A stretch of 36,584 nucleotides of DNA from an uncultured bacterium (GTDB taxonomy: Bacteria > Patescibacteriota > Patescibacteriia > Patescibacteriales > UBA12465), in assembly GCA_942492765.1 (NCBI GenBank), contig OW818634.1, positions 859,159 through 895,742 on the forward strand, in the 5' to 3' direction. The position numbers and the translations under genes were made by a program. The notes beneath the pieces were generated by a model, which saw only the letters and a program-made list of their open reading frames with translations, was not told the DNA's origin and did no database searches. Below, one piece after another: positions 17,049 through 26,484 of the stretch. Numbering within the stretch: position 1 is the first letter of the stretch; every line of letters begins with the position of its first letter.

Positions 17049-17113
17049 GAGGATTGCTTGATTTATGCGAGCATTGTTTGATTTATTTAATTTTGGCTCG
17101 TAATCTGCCTATT

Positions 17114-17863
17114 ATGACATTATATTTATATATCTTCGGCAGCGTTCTGCTGGTTTCTTTCCTGTCTCTCTTCGGAGTCTTTTTTTTGTCGTTCTCGCCG
17201 CGTTTCATGGAGAAGCTGACCTTATTCCTCGTCAGCCTTTCAGCCGGAACCTTGCTGGGCGACAGCTTCTTGCATCTTTTGCCCGAAGCGGCGGCTGATA
17301 ATGGCGCCAGCTTACGGATGTGGCTCTGGCTGATAATCGGATTAGTCTCTTTCTTCGTGCTCGAGAAGATAGTTCATTGGCGGCATTGCCATATCCAGAC
17401 CTGTCCGACGCATCCGCATCACCTAGGCATCATGAATCTTGTCGGCGATTGCCTGCATAATTTTTTTGACGGCGTCATCATCGCCGGCTCGTTCTTGGTC
17501 AGCCTGCCTCTGGGCCTGACTACCCTGATAGCGGTCATCGCTCATGAGATACCGCAGGAGATCGGTGATTTCGGAGTTTTGCTCTATGCGGGCTATTCGC
17601 GTCGCCGCGCCTTGTTCCTTAATTTCGTCACGGCGCTCACTGCCGTTTTTGGAGCGGTCATCGCGATAGTTCTTGGCGCGCGCATCAATAATTTTTCTGA
17701 TCTGATAATCCCGTTCACGGCCGGCGGCTTCATCTATATCGCGACCGCCGATTTGATTCCGGAATTGAAGAAAGAAACGGCCGCCCGTAAGTCCTTATAT
17801 CAATTGATCAGCATCATCGTCGGTATCGGCATCATGCTGGCCTTGAAAGTCATCTTCGAATAA
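17114..17863 (+). CDS. ZIP (ZupT-like) family divalent metal transporter; start reassigned from 17054 to ATG 17114
   Basis: LLGDSFLHLLPEA, His-rich loop HWRHCHIQTCPTHPHH, GDCLHNFFDG, HEIPQEIGDF. Confidence 0.92.
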   Translation: MTLYLYIFGSVLLVSFLSLFGVFFLSFSPRFMEKLTLFLVSLSAGTLLGDSFLHLLPEAAADNGASLRMWLWLIIGLVSFFVLEKIVHWRHCHIQTCPTHPHHLGIMNLVGDCLHNFFDGVIIAGSFLVSLPLGLTTLIAVIAHEIPQEIGDFGVLLYAGYSRRRALFLNFVTALTAVFGAVIAIVLGARINNFSDLIIPFTAGGFIYIATADLIPELKKETAARKSLYQLISIIVGIGIMLALKVIFE

Positions 17864-17881
17864 ATAATAAGAATCTTAAAT

Positions 17882-19789
17882 ATGAAAAAAAAGCAAATAT
17901 CAGTGATCGCTCTATTAATCTCCTTATCCCTCGCTCTTAGCGCTTGCGGCTCTAAGGTAGAAGCGCCGATATCAGAACCGACGCCAGTTGCCGTCAAAGG
18001 CCAGACCGTCGGCAACAGCCTGAGCGTCAGGCAGGGATTGTCTTATCCGGGAATGGTCGTAGCTGATAGCGAGGCCACGATAGTCGCCAAGGCTAGCGGC
18101 AATTTGACTGGAGCCAAATTCAAGGTCGGCGATACCGTCAGCCTCGGCCAGGAGCTTGCGAAGATTGACGATGTTAATTCTCCTGCTTTCAATGCTTCTA
18201 ATTTTAATACTAACCAGATCAAGCAGGCGAAGAATGCGGCGGCGAGCGCTGAAGCTGCCTATAGCTTAGCCAAAGACAGCTACAATAGCTTATTAGTTTC
18301 TTCGGTCAAGGATTTGCGCAGCGCCGAGATCGCCCGTGATCAGGCGGCTAAAGGCCAGAGCAATCTTGATATTACGACGGAAGAAAGTTTGAAGAGCGCG
18401 GAGCTCGCTTATGAAACGGCTAAGATAGCGACCGAGCAAGCTAGTTCGACTTTAGTTAATAGAGAAAAATTAGCCGTTCAGAGCGCTAAAGACACTCTGA
18501 CAAACGCTGATCTGACAGCTAGTTCAGTCGTCTCGACCGCCGGCGCCATTATCACTAATATCAATAACATCACGGCGTTCGATATCAACAATACCGTCTC
18601 CATCGATTATCGTTCCAATCTCGGCGCCCTTGATTCCAGCACTTACGATGTCGCTAAACAGGCTTATCAAGCCGCGAAGGACGCTTACGCCGCCTATCAG
18701 AAGAAGAAGCCGGCTAGCGTTTCCGAAGATGTCGATAACGTCATTATCGTCGCCGACGCAGTCAAGTCCTTGGTCGATGTTACCAAAGGCTTATTGGATA
18801 AGAGCATCTCTTCTTCCGCTTTGCCCGCTAGTTCCGTTTCCGGAGTTTCTTTGTCCGGATTGCAGTCGGCTGTTTCCGGTTATCAATCCCAGATCAACGC
18901 CGCCGCCGCTCAGATAAATGGGATGAAGCAGGCGCTAGTGAACGTCAATTTGAATAATACGACTTTGCTTGATAGCTTGCGCCAAGCCTATCAACTCGCC
19001 TCCCAGCAAGAAGCGATTGCCAAGCAGAATTTATCTAATTTGAAATCTGGCAATACTAGCCAGCAGAATCAGGCCGGGTATGTCGCTAACTTGGCGCAGA
19101 ATCAGTATGATAACGCGAAAGTGAAGATCGAATCTCAGATCAACGCCGCTAAGACTCAAGTCGAGACGGCAGAATTGCAATATAATAACGCGCTAGTCGC
19201 TCTGCAGAGCCTTTATGACGCCCACTCCGTTATCGCTCCGATAAACGGCACAGTCACTAAAGTCTTTGTCGCTGATGGCCAAGCAGTCGCTCAAGGCCAA
19301 GCGGTCGCGACTATTTCTCAAACGCAGAATATCAAGGTCCAATTCTTTATCGAAGCTGATAACTTGAAAGATATCATTTTGGGATTGCCAGTAGCAGTCG
19401 TCGATGATAATAATGTCTCACATCCAGGGCTCGTGGCCGCAGTTTCGCCGCAAGCGGATCTTATCACTCGCCGGTTCTTGGTCGAGGTGAAATTAGAAGA
19501 TTCGACCGGATTATTCCTGGGTACGGTCGTGACGGTTAAGCTTGAATTGGTCAAGACGGCGACGACGGCCGGCTCTATCATCCTGCCTTTAGCCGCTATC
19601 ACTGTCGGACAGAACGGAAATTATATCTTTATTGCGGAAGACGGGAGGGCGAAGAAGGCTAGCGTCGATATCCAAGAAGTCTTGGGAGAGTCGGCGCGCA
19701 TCAAAGTCGACCTGCCAGCGGAGACGATGATAATTACGGAAGGCAACCGTCTTTTAGAAGAAGGACAGAGCATAGTTTTCAATCAATAA
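17882..19789 (+). CDS. RND efflux periplasmic adaptor lipoprotein with an extended helical hairpin
   Basis: Lipobox LSAC, F.VGD.V..GQ.LA.ID, long Ala/Gln/Ser coiled coil, IAPINGTV..V.V..GQ.V..GQ, TRRF.VEV, IILP..AI. Confidence 0.9.
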   Translation: MKKKQISVIALLISLSLALSACGSKVEAPISEPTPVAVKGQTVGNSLSVRQGLSYPGMVVADSEATIVAKASGNLTGAKFKVGDTVSLGQELAKIDDVNSPAFNASNFNTNQIKQAKNAAASAEAAYSLAKDSYNSLLVSSVKDLRSAEIARDQAAKGQSNLDITTEESLKSAELAYETAKIATEQASSTLVNREKLAVQSAKDTLTNADLTASSVVSTAGAIITNINNITAFDINNTVSIDYRSNLGALDSSTYDVAKQAYQAAKDAYAAYQKKKPASVSEDVDNVIIVADAVKSLVDVTKGLLDKSISSSALPASSVSGVSLSGLQSAVSGYQSQINAAAAQINGMKQALVNVNLNNTTLLDSLRQAYQLASQQEAIAKQNLSNLKSGNTSQQNQAGYVANLAQNQYDNAKVKIESQINAAKTQVETAELQYNNALVALQSLYDAHSVIAPINGTVTKVFVADGQAVAQGQAVATISQTQNIKVQFFIEADNLKDIILGLPVAVVDDNNVSHPGLVAAVSPQADLITRRFLVEVKLEDSTGLFLGTVVTVKLELVKTATTAGSIILPLAAITVGQNGNYIFIAEDGRAKKASVDIQEVLGESARIKVDLPAETMIITEGNRLLEEGQSIVFNQ

Positions 19790-19811
19790 GCCAAGCAATC
19801 AATAAGCTCGT

Positions 19812-22800
19812 ATGGATATAAATATCAATCATAAGAATGATGGACTGAAAATGGGCGTCGCCGTCGATATTGATGAGCGCGCCGCCGCGGAATATTCCGG
19901 AGTCAAGACTTCGGATCATCTTTATCTGGAGAAATTGGAATTCAATCCGGAGCTGCGCAAGAGCTGGTTGAATTTTTTCATCGTCAATTTCCGCGTCGTC
20001 ATCCTGCTCATCATGCTCCTGACTGGGCTGGGCATCTATGCTTTCAGCGTCTTGCCGCGCGAATCGAATCCAGAAGTGAAAATTCCGATCGCTGTCGTAA
20101 TGACGATGTATCCTGGAGCTTCTCCGGCTGATATTGAGGAGCTAGTCTCTAAGAAGATCGAGACGGGAATCGCTGGAGTGAAGAATGTCGATAAGATAAC
20201 TTCTCAGTCATCCAACTCCATCTCCATGATCACGGTCGAATTCGATGCCAAGGCCGATCTCAATGATTCTATCAGAAGCCTGCGCGATGCGGTCTCGAAT
20301 GCCAAGTCGAAATTGCCGGCCGATGCCAATGATCCGATCGTGAAAGAGATATCCATGGATGATTCGCCGATAATGGTTATGTCCTTATCCGGGCCTTATG
20401 ACGGCTTTGTCCTGCGCGAAGCTGGCGATACGATCAAGGATGAACTGGAAAAGATTCCGGGCGTACGCGAAGTGAGTATTTCCGGCGGCGACGAGCGGGA
20501 ATTCACTGTCGAATATGATCCGCAGAAATTGGCTTTATATAACCTCTCCGCTATCCAGGCTAACGCCAAGATCCAGGGCGCTAACCTAGCTATTCCGGCC
20601 GGAACCTTTGAGGGCCAGGAATATTCTTATCCGGTGCGCGCTGACGGCCGCTTCTTTACCGCGTCTGTTCTGGCTGATACCCCGATCATCCATACTGATT
20701 CCGGCGCCATCATCTATCTTAAGGATATCGCGACCGTCAAAGACGCTTCGATCAAGAAGACCGTTTTCTCTCGCTTGTCGACCGGCGGCCAGAATGCTTC
20801 CAGCAACGTGACTCTGCAGATCATCAAGAAGACCGGCGGCAATGTCATCGAGACAGCCGGCAAAGTCAGGGAGACTTTTGATGCTGAGCTTAAGAAGATG
20901 CCGAGCGGCTTGCATTATGACGTGACTGTCGATATGTCCGAGGAAATCAACACCAGCTTCAATCAATTGACGCATGATTTCTTATTGACGATTATTCTCG
21001 TCTTCTTGATCCTGTTCCTGATTGTCGGCTTCAAGGAGGCGCTCGTCGCCGGCTTAGCCGTGCCGCTAGTATTTTTCGCGACCTTCGGCGTTATGCTCTG
21101 GACCGGCATCAGCCTTAATTTCTTATCCCTGTTCTCGCTTATCCTCGCGCTCGGCTTATTAGTCGATGACGCGATCGTGGTCGTTTCCGCGACCAAGCAA
21201 TATTTGCGCACCGGAAAATTTACGCCGGAAGAGGCGGTCTTGTTAGTCCTGAATGATTTCAAGGTCGTGCTGTTAACGACGACCTTGACGACGGTCTGGG
21301 CTTTCTTGCCGCTCCTCATGTCCACCGGCATCATGGGAGAATTCATAAAATCAATTCCGATCACGGTCTCGGTCACTCTGATTTCTTCGCTTGTCATCGC
21401 CCTCATCATCAATCATCCGCTCGCGGCCGTCCTTGAGCGCATCCGCCTGACGCGGAAATTATTCTCTTTCTTTTTTGCCGGCATCCTGATCCTAGCCATA
21501 GTCTTAGCGGTTTCAGCTGGCTTAGTCGGAATATTATTAGCCTTGATCCTTTTAGGCGTAGACGTCGCGTTGGCTTCCTGGTACATGAAGAAAGGGAAGG
21601 CCATGCTTATCGTCAATAGCGAATTGGTAGCGCGCGAATGGGCGAGCGATGAGCTTATCAAGCAGAAGCTGCGCGAACAAGGCAGCCATGATAATGATAA
21701 TTTTGGCAACCGCTTGATGCACGGAATCATCCGTTTCGACGTCTTTCTCCCTATCTATGAAAAATATCTGCGCCGCCTGATAACGACTAAGAAAGCGCGC
21801 TTCAAGACTTTGGCTTTTGTCGCCGGGCTGTTTATAGTCGCTGTCGCTTTGCCGGTGACCGGAATAGTTCAGAGCGAATTTTTTCCAGCCTCGGATTCGA
21901 CCCAGATAAATATTAGCCTAGAAGGTCCGATCGGACTCAATTTGGAAGAGACTGATAAGATCGCCCGCCGCGTCGAAGAGCGTTTATATAAATATCCGGA
22001 AATCGAGAACTTCACGACTATCGTCGGCCAGGGCGGATCTTCCGATAGCCTAGTCGCCGGAGGCAATTCTTCCCACTTAGCTTCTTTCACTTTAAAACTG
22101 ACGCCGACCGATGATCGCGATATCAAAGCCTATGAATTAGCTGATAAGATCAATGCTGATATCGCTGATATCAAGGAAGCGGTCATCAAGGCCGCTGCTC
22201 CTTCCGGCGGACCGCCTTCCGGCGCCGCCTTCCAGGCGAATATCGCTGGCGACGATCTCCAGGAGCTTGATAGAGTAGCTAAAGAATTGGAAATTCCTTT
22301 GAAGTCCCTGCCTGATGTCTCGAAGACTAATATTTCTCTGAAGGACTCCCCGGCTGATTATACTTTTACTCTTTCGCCGGCCCGCTTAGAGCTTTATGAC
22401 CTTAGCGCCGCTTATGTCGGCTCGGCTTTGCGCTTGGCTATCACCGGCACCGAAGTGACGACCGTCATCACTGGCGGCAAGGAGATCAAGGTGCTAGCCC
22501 GCTTCGCGCCTGATCGGATTCCTGACTTGGAAGCGATTCAGAACTTACAGATCTTAAATGCCAAGAATCAGCCCGTTTTCTTGAAAGACGTGGCGACTAT
22601 CGAGCTGAAGCCGTCAGTCGCTACTATCACTCGCATCAATCAGCGCCGAACCGTTCTCTTGACCGCGACCCTGAAAGGCGGCGCTAATTCGACGCTGGTC
22701 GTTTCTGAATTCCAGAAGAAGATAAAGGATTATAAGTTTCCGTCCGGCTATGAGATCACTTACGGCGGCGAGAGCGAACAGAATACCGAATCGGTCATGT

Positions 22801-23282
22801 CAATCCTGCGCGCGATGGTCGTCGCCTTCTTGCTTATCATTTCGACGCTCATCATCCAGTTCAATTCCTTCAAGAAAGCTGGCATCGTGCTAGTGACTAT
22901 CCCGCTCGCCCTCATCGGCGTTTTCTTCGGCCTAGCCATTTCTCGCTTGAACCTGTCTTTCCCGGGTCTTATCGGCATCCTGGCTCTCTGCGGCATCGTC
23001 GTCAAGAATGCGATTATCCTGATGGATAAGATAAATCTCAATCTTAATAGCGGCATCGAGTTCAACGACGCGATCGTCGACGCTGGCAAGTCGCGCTTAG
23101 AAGCGATTTTCATCACTTCGATCTGCACGATTCTCGGTATCTTGCCCATTACTCTTTCTAATGAGATGTGGCGCGCTCTCGGCGGCGCCGTCATCTTCGG
23201 CCTGATGCTCTCATCTTTCCTGACGCTTTTCATCGTTCCGGTCCTATTCAAGTCCTTCATCAAGCCGAAGAGGCATTTCTAG
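19812..23282 (+). CDS. RND efflux transporter permease (AcrB/AcrD/AcrF-like family)
   Basis: LPRE..PEV.IP, YPGASP.DIE..V...IE, GLLVDDAIVV (TM4 Asp pair), GIVVKNAII (TM10 Lys), RLEAIFITS, LTLFIVPV. Confidence 0.95.
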   Translation: MDININHKNDGLKMGVAVDIDERAAAEYSGVKTSDHLYLEKLEFNPELRKSWLNFFIVNFRVVILLIMLLTGLGIYAFSVLPRESNPEVKIPIAVVMTMYPGASPADIEELVSKKIETGIAGVKNVDKITSQSSNSISMITVEFDAKADLNDSIRSLRDAVSNAKSKLPADANDPIVKEISMDDSPIMVMSLSGPYDGFVLREAGDTIKDELEKIPGVREVSISGGDEREFTVEYDPQKLALYNLSAIQANAKIQGANLAIPAGTFEGQEYSYPVRADGRFFTASVLADTPIIHTDSGAIIYLKDIATVKDASIKKTVFSRLSTGGQNASSNVTLQIIKKTGGNVIETAGKVRETFDAELKKMPSGLHYDVTVDMSEEINTSFNQLTHDFLLTIILVFLILFLIVGFKEALVAGLAVPLVFFATFGVMLWTGISLNFLSLFSLILALGLLVDDAIVVVSATKQYLRTGKFTPEEAVLLVLNDFKVVLLTTTLTTVWAFLPLLMSTGIMGEFIKSIPITVSVTLISSLVIALIINHPLAAVLERIRLTRKLFSFFFAGILILAIVLAVSAGLVGILLALILLGVDVALASWYMKKGKAMLIVNSELVAREWASDELIKQKLREQGSHDNDNFGNRLMHGIIRFDVFLPIYEKYLRRLITTKKARFKTLAFVAGLFIVAVALPVTGIVQSEFFPASDSTQINISLEGPIGLNLEETDKIARRVEERLYKYPEIENFTTIVGQGGSSDSLVAGGNSSHLASFTLKLTPTDDRDIKAYELADKINADIADIKEAVIKAAAPSGGPPSGAAFQANIAGDDLQELDRVAKELEIPLKSLPDVSKTNISLKDSPADYTFTLSPARLELYDLSAAYVGSALRLAITGTEVTTVITGGKEIKVLARFAPDRIPDLEAIQNLQILNAKNQPVFLKDVATIELKPSVATITRINQRRTVLLTATLKGGANSTLVVSEFQKKIKDYKFPSGYEITYGGESEQNTESVMSILRAMVVAFLLIISTLIIQFNSFKKAGIVLVTIPLALIGVFFGLAISRLNLSFPGLIGILALCGIVVKNAIILMDKINLNLNSGIEFNDAIVDAGKSRLEAIFITSICTILGILPITLSNEMWRALGGAVIFGLMLSSFLTLFIVPVLFKSFIKPKRHF

Positions 23283-23321
23283 CCCTGATATTCCCGGCTA
23301 TCAAGCAGATAGGAAAAATAA

Positions 23322-23348
23322 AAAAGCCCTGTTTTTTTCAGGGCTTTT
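23322..23348. terminator. Bidirectional intrinsic terminator between convergent genes
   Basis: aaaagccctg-ttttttt-cagggctttt. Confidence 0.85.
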
Positions 23349-23363
23349 GTTTCGTAAGTTCTC

Positions 23364-23807
23364 TCAAGGCACGAATCTGAAGGCAAAGAAATAGAAGATC
23401 AATTCGAGCAAGGTCATGACCATCAAGATGATTAGAGCGGTGATGGCGGGCCACCCGAAGAGAGTCGGGAAAGGCCAAGAGAAGATCGCGAATAGATTAA
23501 AGATATATCCGGTGAGCAGAGCTATGGCGACGATGACGTTCGCCGCCAGAACATATTCGAAGACCTCGAAGTCCCTCTTACTGAATATCAGGATAGCACC
23601 GATAATCAGATAGGCAGCCAAGCCGGAAAAGAACCAGATTATGATCTTATCGCGACTGTTAATATTCATGGTATCGTCCAGCCAGAAGGCAATGAAAAAA
23701 AGAGCGGACAATCCTAGAGCTGTCTCGAAGATTAATCTTGATAGCGAAACCGGCTGTTGCATCGATATCGGATCAAGCTTGTGCTTTAGATTGATAACTG
23801 GTCTCAT
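23364..23807 (-). CDS. Hypothetical 4-TM membrane protein (paralog of 23837..24310)
   Basis: Hydrophobic helices; IWFFSG..Y and PTLFGWPAI motifs. Confidence 0.7.
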   Translation of the reverse strand: MRPVINLKHKLDPISMQQPVSLSRLIFETALGLSALFFIAFWLDDTMNINSRDKIIIWFFSGLAAYLIIGAILIFSKRDFEVFEYVLAANVIVAIALLTGYIFNLFAIFSWPFPTLFGWPAITALIILMVMTLLELIFYFFAFRFVP

Positions 23808-23836
23808 GTTTAGTGGTTTTTAATTTGGGTTCGGAT

Positions 23837-24310
23837 TTATTCGTAATCTTCTGTTGGTAAGATATCCTCTTTGATGGCGGCGAATCCTATTGTTAGAATA
23901 ATAAAGACTACGGCTCCGATTATCGACGGCCATCCGAGGATGGTTTGGATAGGCAGGGGCAGAAGAGAGAAGAATTCGAACCAGTGGAACAGATAAAAGA
24001 AAAAGTTGATAATCAGCCCGATAATCGACACGGAAATGAAAGTGATATTAATGAACCACAATCCATTCAGCCAGTATCTTACCGGACCCTTGATATTCTC
24101 GTCATTTGCTTCGAAAGTGATTCCGCCGCCGCCGATGATATAGATCAGGACGCCGGTGAAATACCAGATTTTCGCATTCCAGGCTATCGAATAATCGCTG
24201 CCGGTTAGGATATCAGCCATCCAGAGAAGGATAGTGATCGCAAAGAGAATCCAGAATATTTTTTTTATTATTCTTCTGGTCTCGTCAGAAAAGACTTGAT
24301 TTTTTGCCAT
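23837..24310 (-). CDS. Hypothetical 4-TM membrane protein (paralog of 23364..23807)
   Basis: IWYFTG..Y and QTILGWPSI motifs; a promoter lies upstream. Confidence 0.7.
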   Translation of the reverse strand: MAKNQVFSDETRRIIKKIFWILFAITILLWMADILTGSDYSIAWNAKIWYFTGVLIYIIGGGGITFEANDENIKGPVRYWLNGLWFINITFISVSIIGLIINFFFYLFHWFEFFSLLPLPIQTILGWPSIIGAVVFIILTIGFAAIKEDILPTEDYE

Positions 24311-24368
24311 GGCTTAAGATTTTTTTTGGGGTTTATACTTGATTTTGTTAACGTGCAATTATCAAGAG

Positions 24369-24397
24369 ATTATGGCATTATGCGCTTATTTTGTCAA
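24369..24397 (-). promoter_or_regulatory. Sigma70-type promoter for the two membrane-protein genes
   Basis: Minus strand TTGACA-N17-CATAAT. Confidence 0.75.
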
Positions 24398-24440
24398 TCT
24401 TCAATTTTTACCCCGAAAGAGCTAGAATAGAGATACTATT

Positions 24441-25616
24441 ATGATAAAAGATATTCCTTTGGCGACCTATTTCCGCCCTAAGACCCTGGTGGAATTCGTC
24501 GGTCAAGAAAAAATCATTAACGAGAAGAGCTGGCTCTATCAGGCGATCAAGAATGATAAGGTCCCGTCTCTTATTTTTTGGGGTCCTCCCGGGAGCGGTA
24601 AGACGACCCTGGCTTTTATAATCGCCAAGGAGACCAAGGCGGAATTCATAGAATTATCCGCGACTTCGAGTGGCGTCAAGGATCTGAAGGCGATCGTCGA
24701 GCGGGCCAAGGAAAGCAAGCGTTTGCAGATTAAGACCATCCTCTTTATTGATGAAATCCATCGCTGGAATAAGGCGCAGCAGGATGCTCTCCTGCCGCAA
24801 GTCGAGAACGGCACGATTGTGCTCATCGGCGCGACGACGGAAAATCCCAGCTTCGCCGTCAACGGCGCTTTGCTCTCGCGCTCTAAGGTCATAATTCTTG
24901 AAGCCCTAGCTGCCGATAATCTGGCTCTGATCATCACTCGCACCGCCAAAGAATTGAAAGCTAAGATAAATGCCGAGAGCGCGGCTCTCATCGCTAAATT
25001 CGCCAACGGCGACGCGCGCAAGGCCTTGAATATCCTGGAGAGCGCGATCGAGGCGGACGCGAAAATTACTCCGGCCCTAATTAAGGAAATAATCAATAAG
25101 CCGAACCTGCTTTATGACAAGAGCGGGGAAGAACATTATAATCTGATTTCCGCGCTGCATAAATCCATGCGGGGCGGCCACGCCGACGCCGCCTTGTATT
25201 ATATGGTGCGCATGATCGAAGCGGGGGAAGACCCTCTCTATATCGCGCGCCGCTTGATCCGTTTCGCTTCCGAAGATGTCGGCCTGGCGAATAATAGCGC
25301 GCTCATGCTCGCGACCGCGACCTATGAAGCCTGCCATAAGACCGGTCTGCCCGAATGCGGCGTGAATCTGGCGCATTGCGTCATCTATCTGGCTAAATCG
25401 CCCAAGAGCATCGCCGCTTATATGGGCTTCAATCGCGCTTTTCAGGAAGTGCGCGAATCAGGTAATCTGTCCGTGCCGCTGCATCTGCGCAACGCGCCGA
25501 CCAAGCTCATGAAAGATATCGGCTATGGTAAGGATTATAAATATACGCCGCTTGAAGACGATTCTAATCAGGAATATCTCCCTGAAAAGATAAAAGGAAA
25601 AAAGTTCATATTCTAA
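24441..25616 (+). CDS. rarA: Replication-associated recombination protein A (AAA+ ATPase, RarA/MgsA)
   Basis: WGPPGSGKTT, DEIHRWNKAQQDALLP, GATTENPSF, HYNLISALHKSMRG, RRLIRFASEDVG, VPLHLRNAPTKLMK. Confidence 0.96.
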   Translation: MIKDIPLATYFRPKTLVEFVGQEKIINEKSWLYQAIKNDKVPSLIFWGPPGSGKTTLAFIIAKETKAEFIELSATSSGVKDLKAIVERAKESKRLQIKTILFIDEIHRWNKAQQDALLPQVENGTIVLIGATTENPSFAVNGALLSRSKVIILEALAADNLALIITRTAKELKAKINAESAALIAKFANGDARKALNILESAIEADAKITPALIKEIINKPNLLYDKSGEEHYNLISALHKSMRGGHADAALYYMVRMIEAGEDPLYIARRLIRFASEDVGLANNSALMLATATYEACHKTGLPECGVNLAHCVIYLAKSPKSIAAYMGFNRAFQEVRESGNLSVPLHLRNAPTKLMKDIGYGKDYKYTPLEDDSNQEYLPEKIKGKKFIF

Positions 25617-25633
25617 GCAATATGAACTTTTTT
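25598..25633. terminator. 15-bp perfect AT-rich hairpin, probable bidirectional terminator; the rarA stop codon lies in the loop
   Basis: aaaaaagttcatatt-ctaagc-aatatgaactttttt. Confidence 0.7.
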
Positions 25634-25652
25634 TTAAAGAATGGTATTCGTT

Positions 25653-26339
25653 TTAGCGTGCGTTCAGCTTATTGAGGGAGAGCTTATAGCCGCGGCCGGT
25701 GAAAGTATGGATGAGGTTGCGGCGCCGTCCGCTATTCAATTTTCGGCGCAAGCTGGCGATATGCGTCTCGACAGAATTAGAGAAAGGATCGGCATTATAG
25801 TCCCAGACATGCTCGAGAATCTGGTTGCGCGAAACGATATTATTGCGGTTGATCATCAGATATTCGAGCAAGGCAAACTCGCGGCGCGTCAGGTATATTT
25901 CCTGGCTGCCGCGGCGGATTATCTTAGTCTGCGTATTCAGGGTCAGATTATCGACCTTGTATAAGCCGCTTTCGGCTTTAGCCGGCCGCTTCAAGATAGC
26001 GCGGACATGGAGCAGAAGCTCTTCAAACAGGAAAGGCTTAGTCAGATAATCATCAGCGCCGAGACGGAACAGCTCGTCCTTGTCTTTGAGCTCTGATTTG
26101 ATCGTCAGCATCAGGACCGGGACATGCTTGTTCTCTTGGCGTATCTCTTGCAATACCTCTGAACCGTTTAATTTCGGCAGCATGTAATCAAGAATAATCA
26201 GGTCGTAGGTCCCAGTCCGTCCCAAGAAAGCGCCGCGTTCGCCGTCGAGCGCGCTTTCGACGACATACATATTCGCTTCTAACCCGTCTTTTAGGAACTG
26301 GACGATGGCCGGCTCATCGTCGATGATAAGGATCTTCAT
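25653..26339 (-). CDS. OmpR/PhoB family DNA-binding response regulator (orphan)
   Basis: MKILIIDDE, ILDYMLP, DDYLTKPF, LTRREFALL, VETHIASLRRKL, GRGY. Confidence 0.94.
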   Translation of the reverse strand: MKILIIDDEPAIVQFLKDGLEANMYVVESALDGERGAFLGRTGTYDLIILDYMLPKLNGSEVLQEIRQENKHVPVLMLTIKSELKDKDELFRLGADDYLTKPFLFEELLLHVRAILKRPAKAESGLYKVDNLTLNTQTKIIRRGSQEIYLTRREFALLEYLMINRNNIVSRNQILEHVWDYNADPFSNSVETHIASLRRKLNSGRRRNLIHTFTGRGYKLSLNKLNAR

Positions 26340-26454
26340 AGGTTTTTATTAGTTAATAATGCCTTCATTATAAAAGGGCCGGGCTTAAGGATATCTAAAT
26401 TTTTAGTAAAGAGCGATTAAATATCTTTTTGGGCTAACCTTTAATATGCTCGGG

Positions 26455-26484
26455 TTGCCTGGTCGGGTTTATAAGTGTTATAAT
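26455..26484 (+). promoter_or_regulatory. Sigma70-type promoter (extended -10) of the large LRR gene
   Basis: TTGCCT-N18-TATAAT with TGn extension. Confidence 0.55.

Noticed and set aside
17054-17113. Cys-containing N-terminal extension (MLDLCEHC...) of the ZIP transporter as a metal-binding motif
   Set aside because: It starts at a TTG only 5 nt after the -10 box and runs through an AT-rich leader. The ATG at 17114 is the more plausible start.
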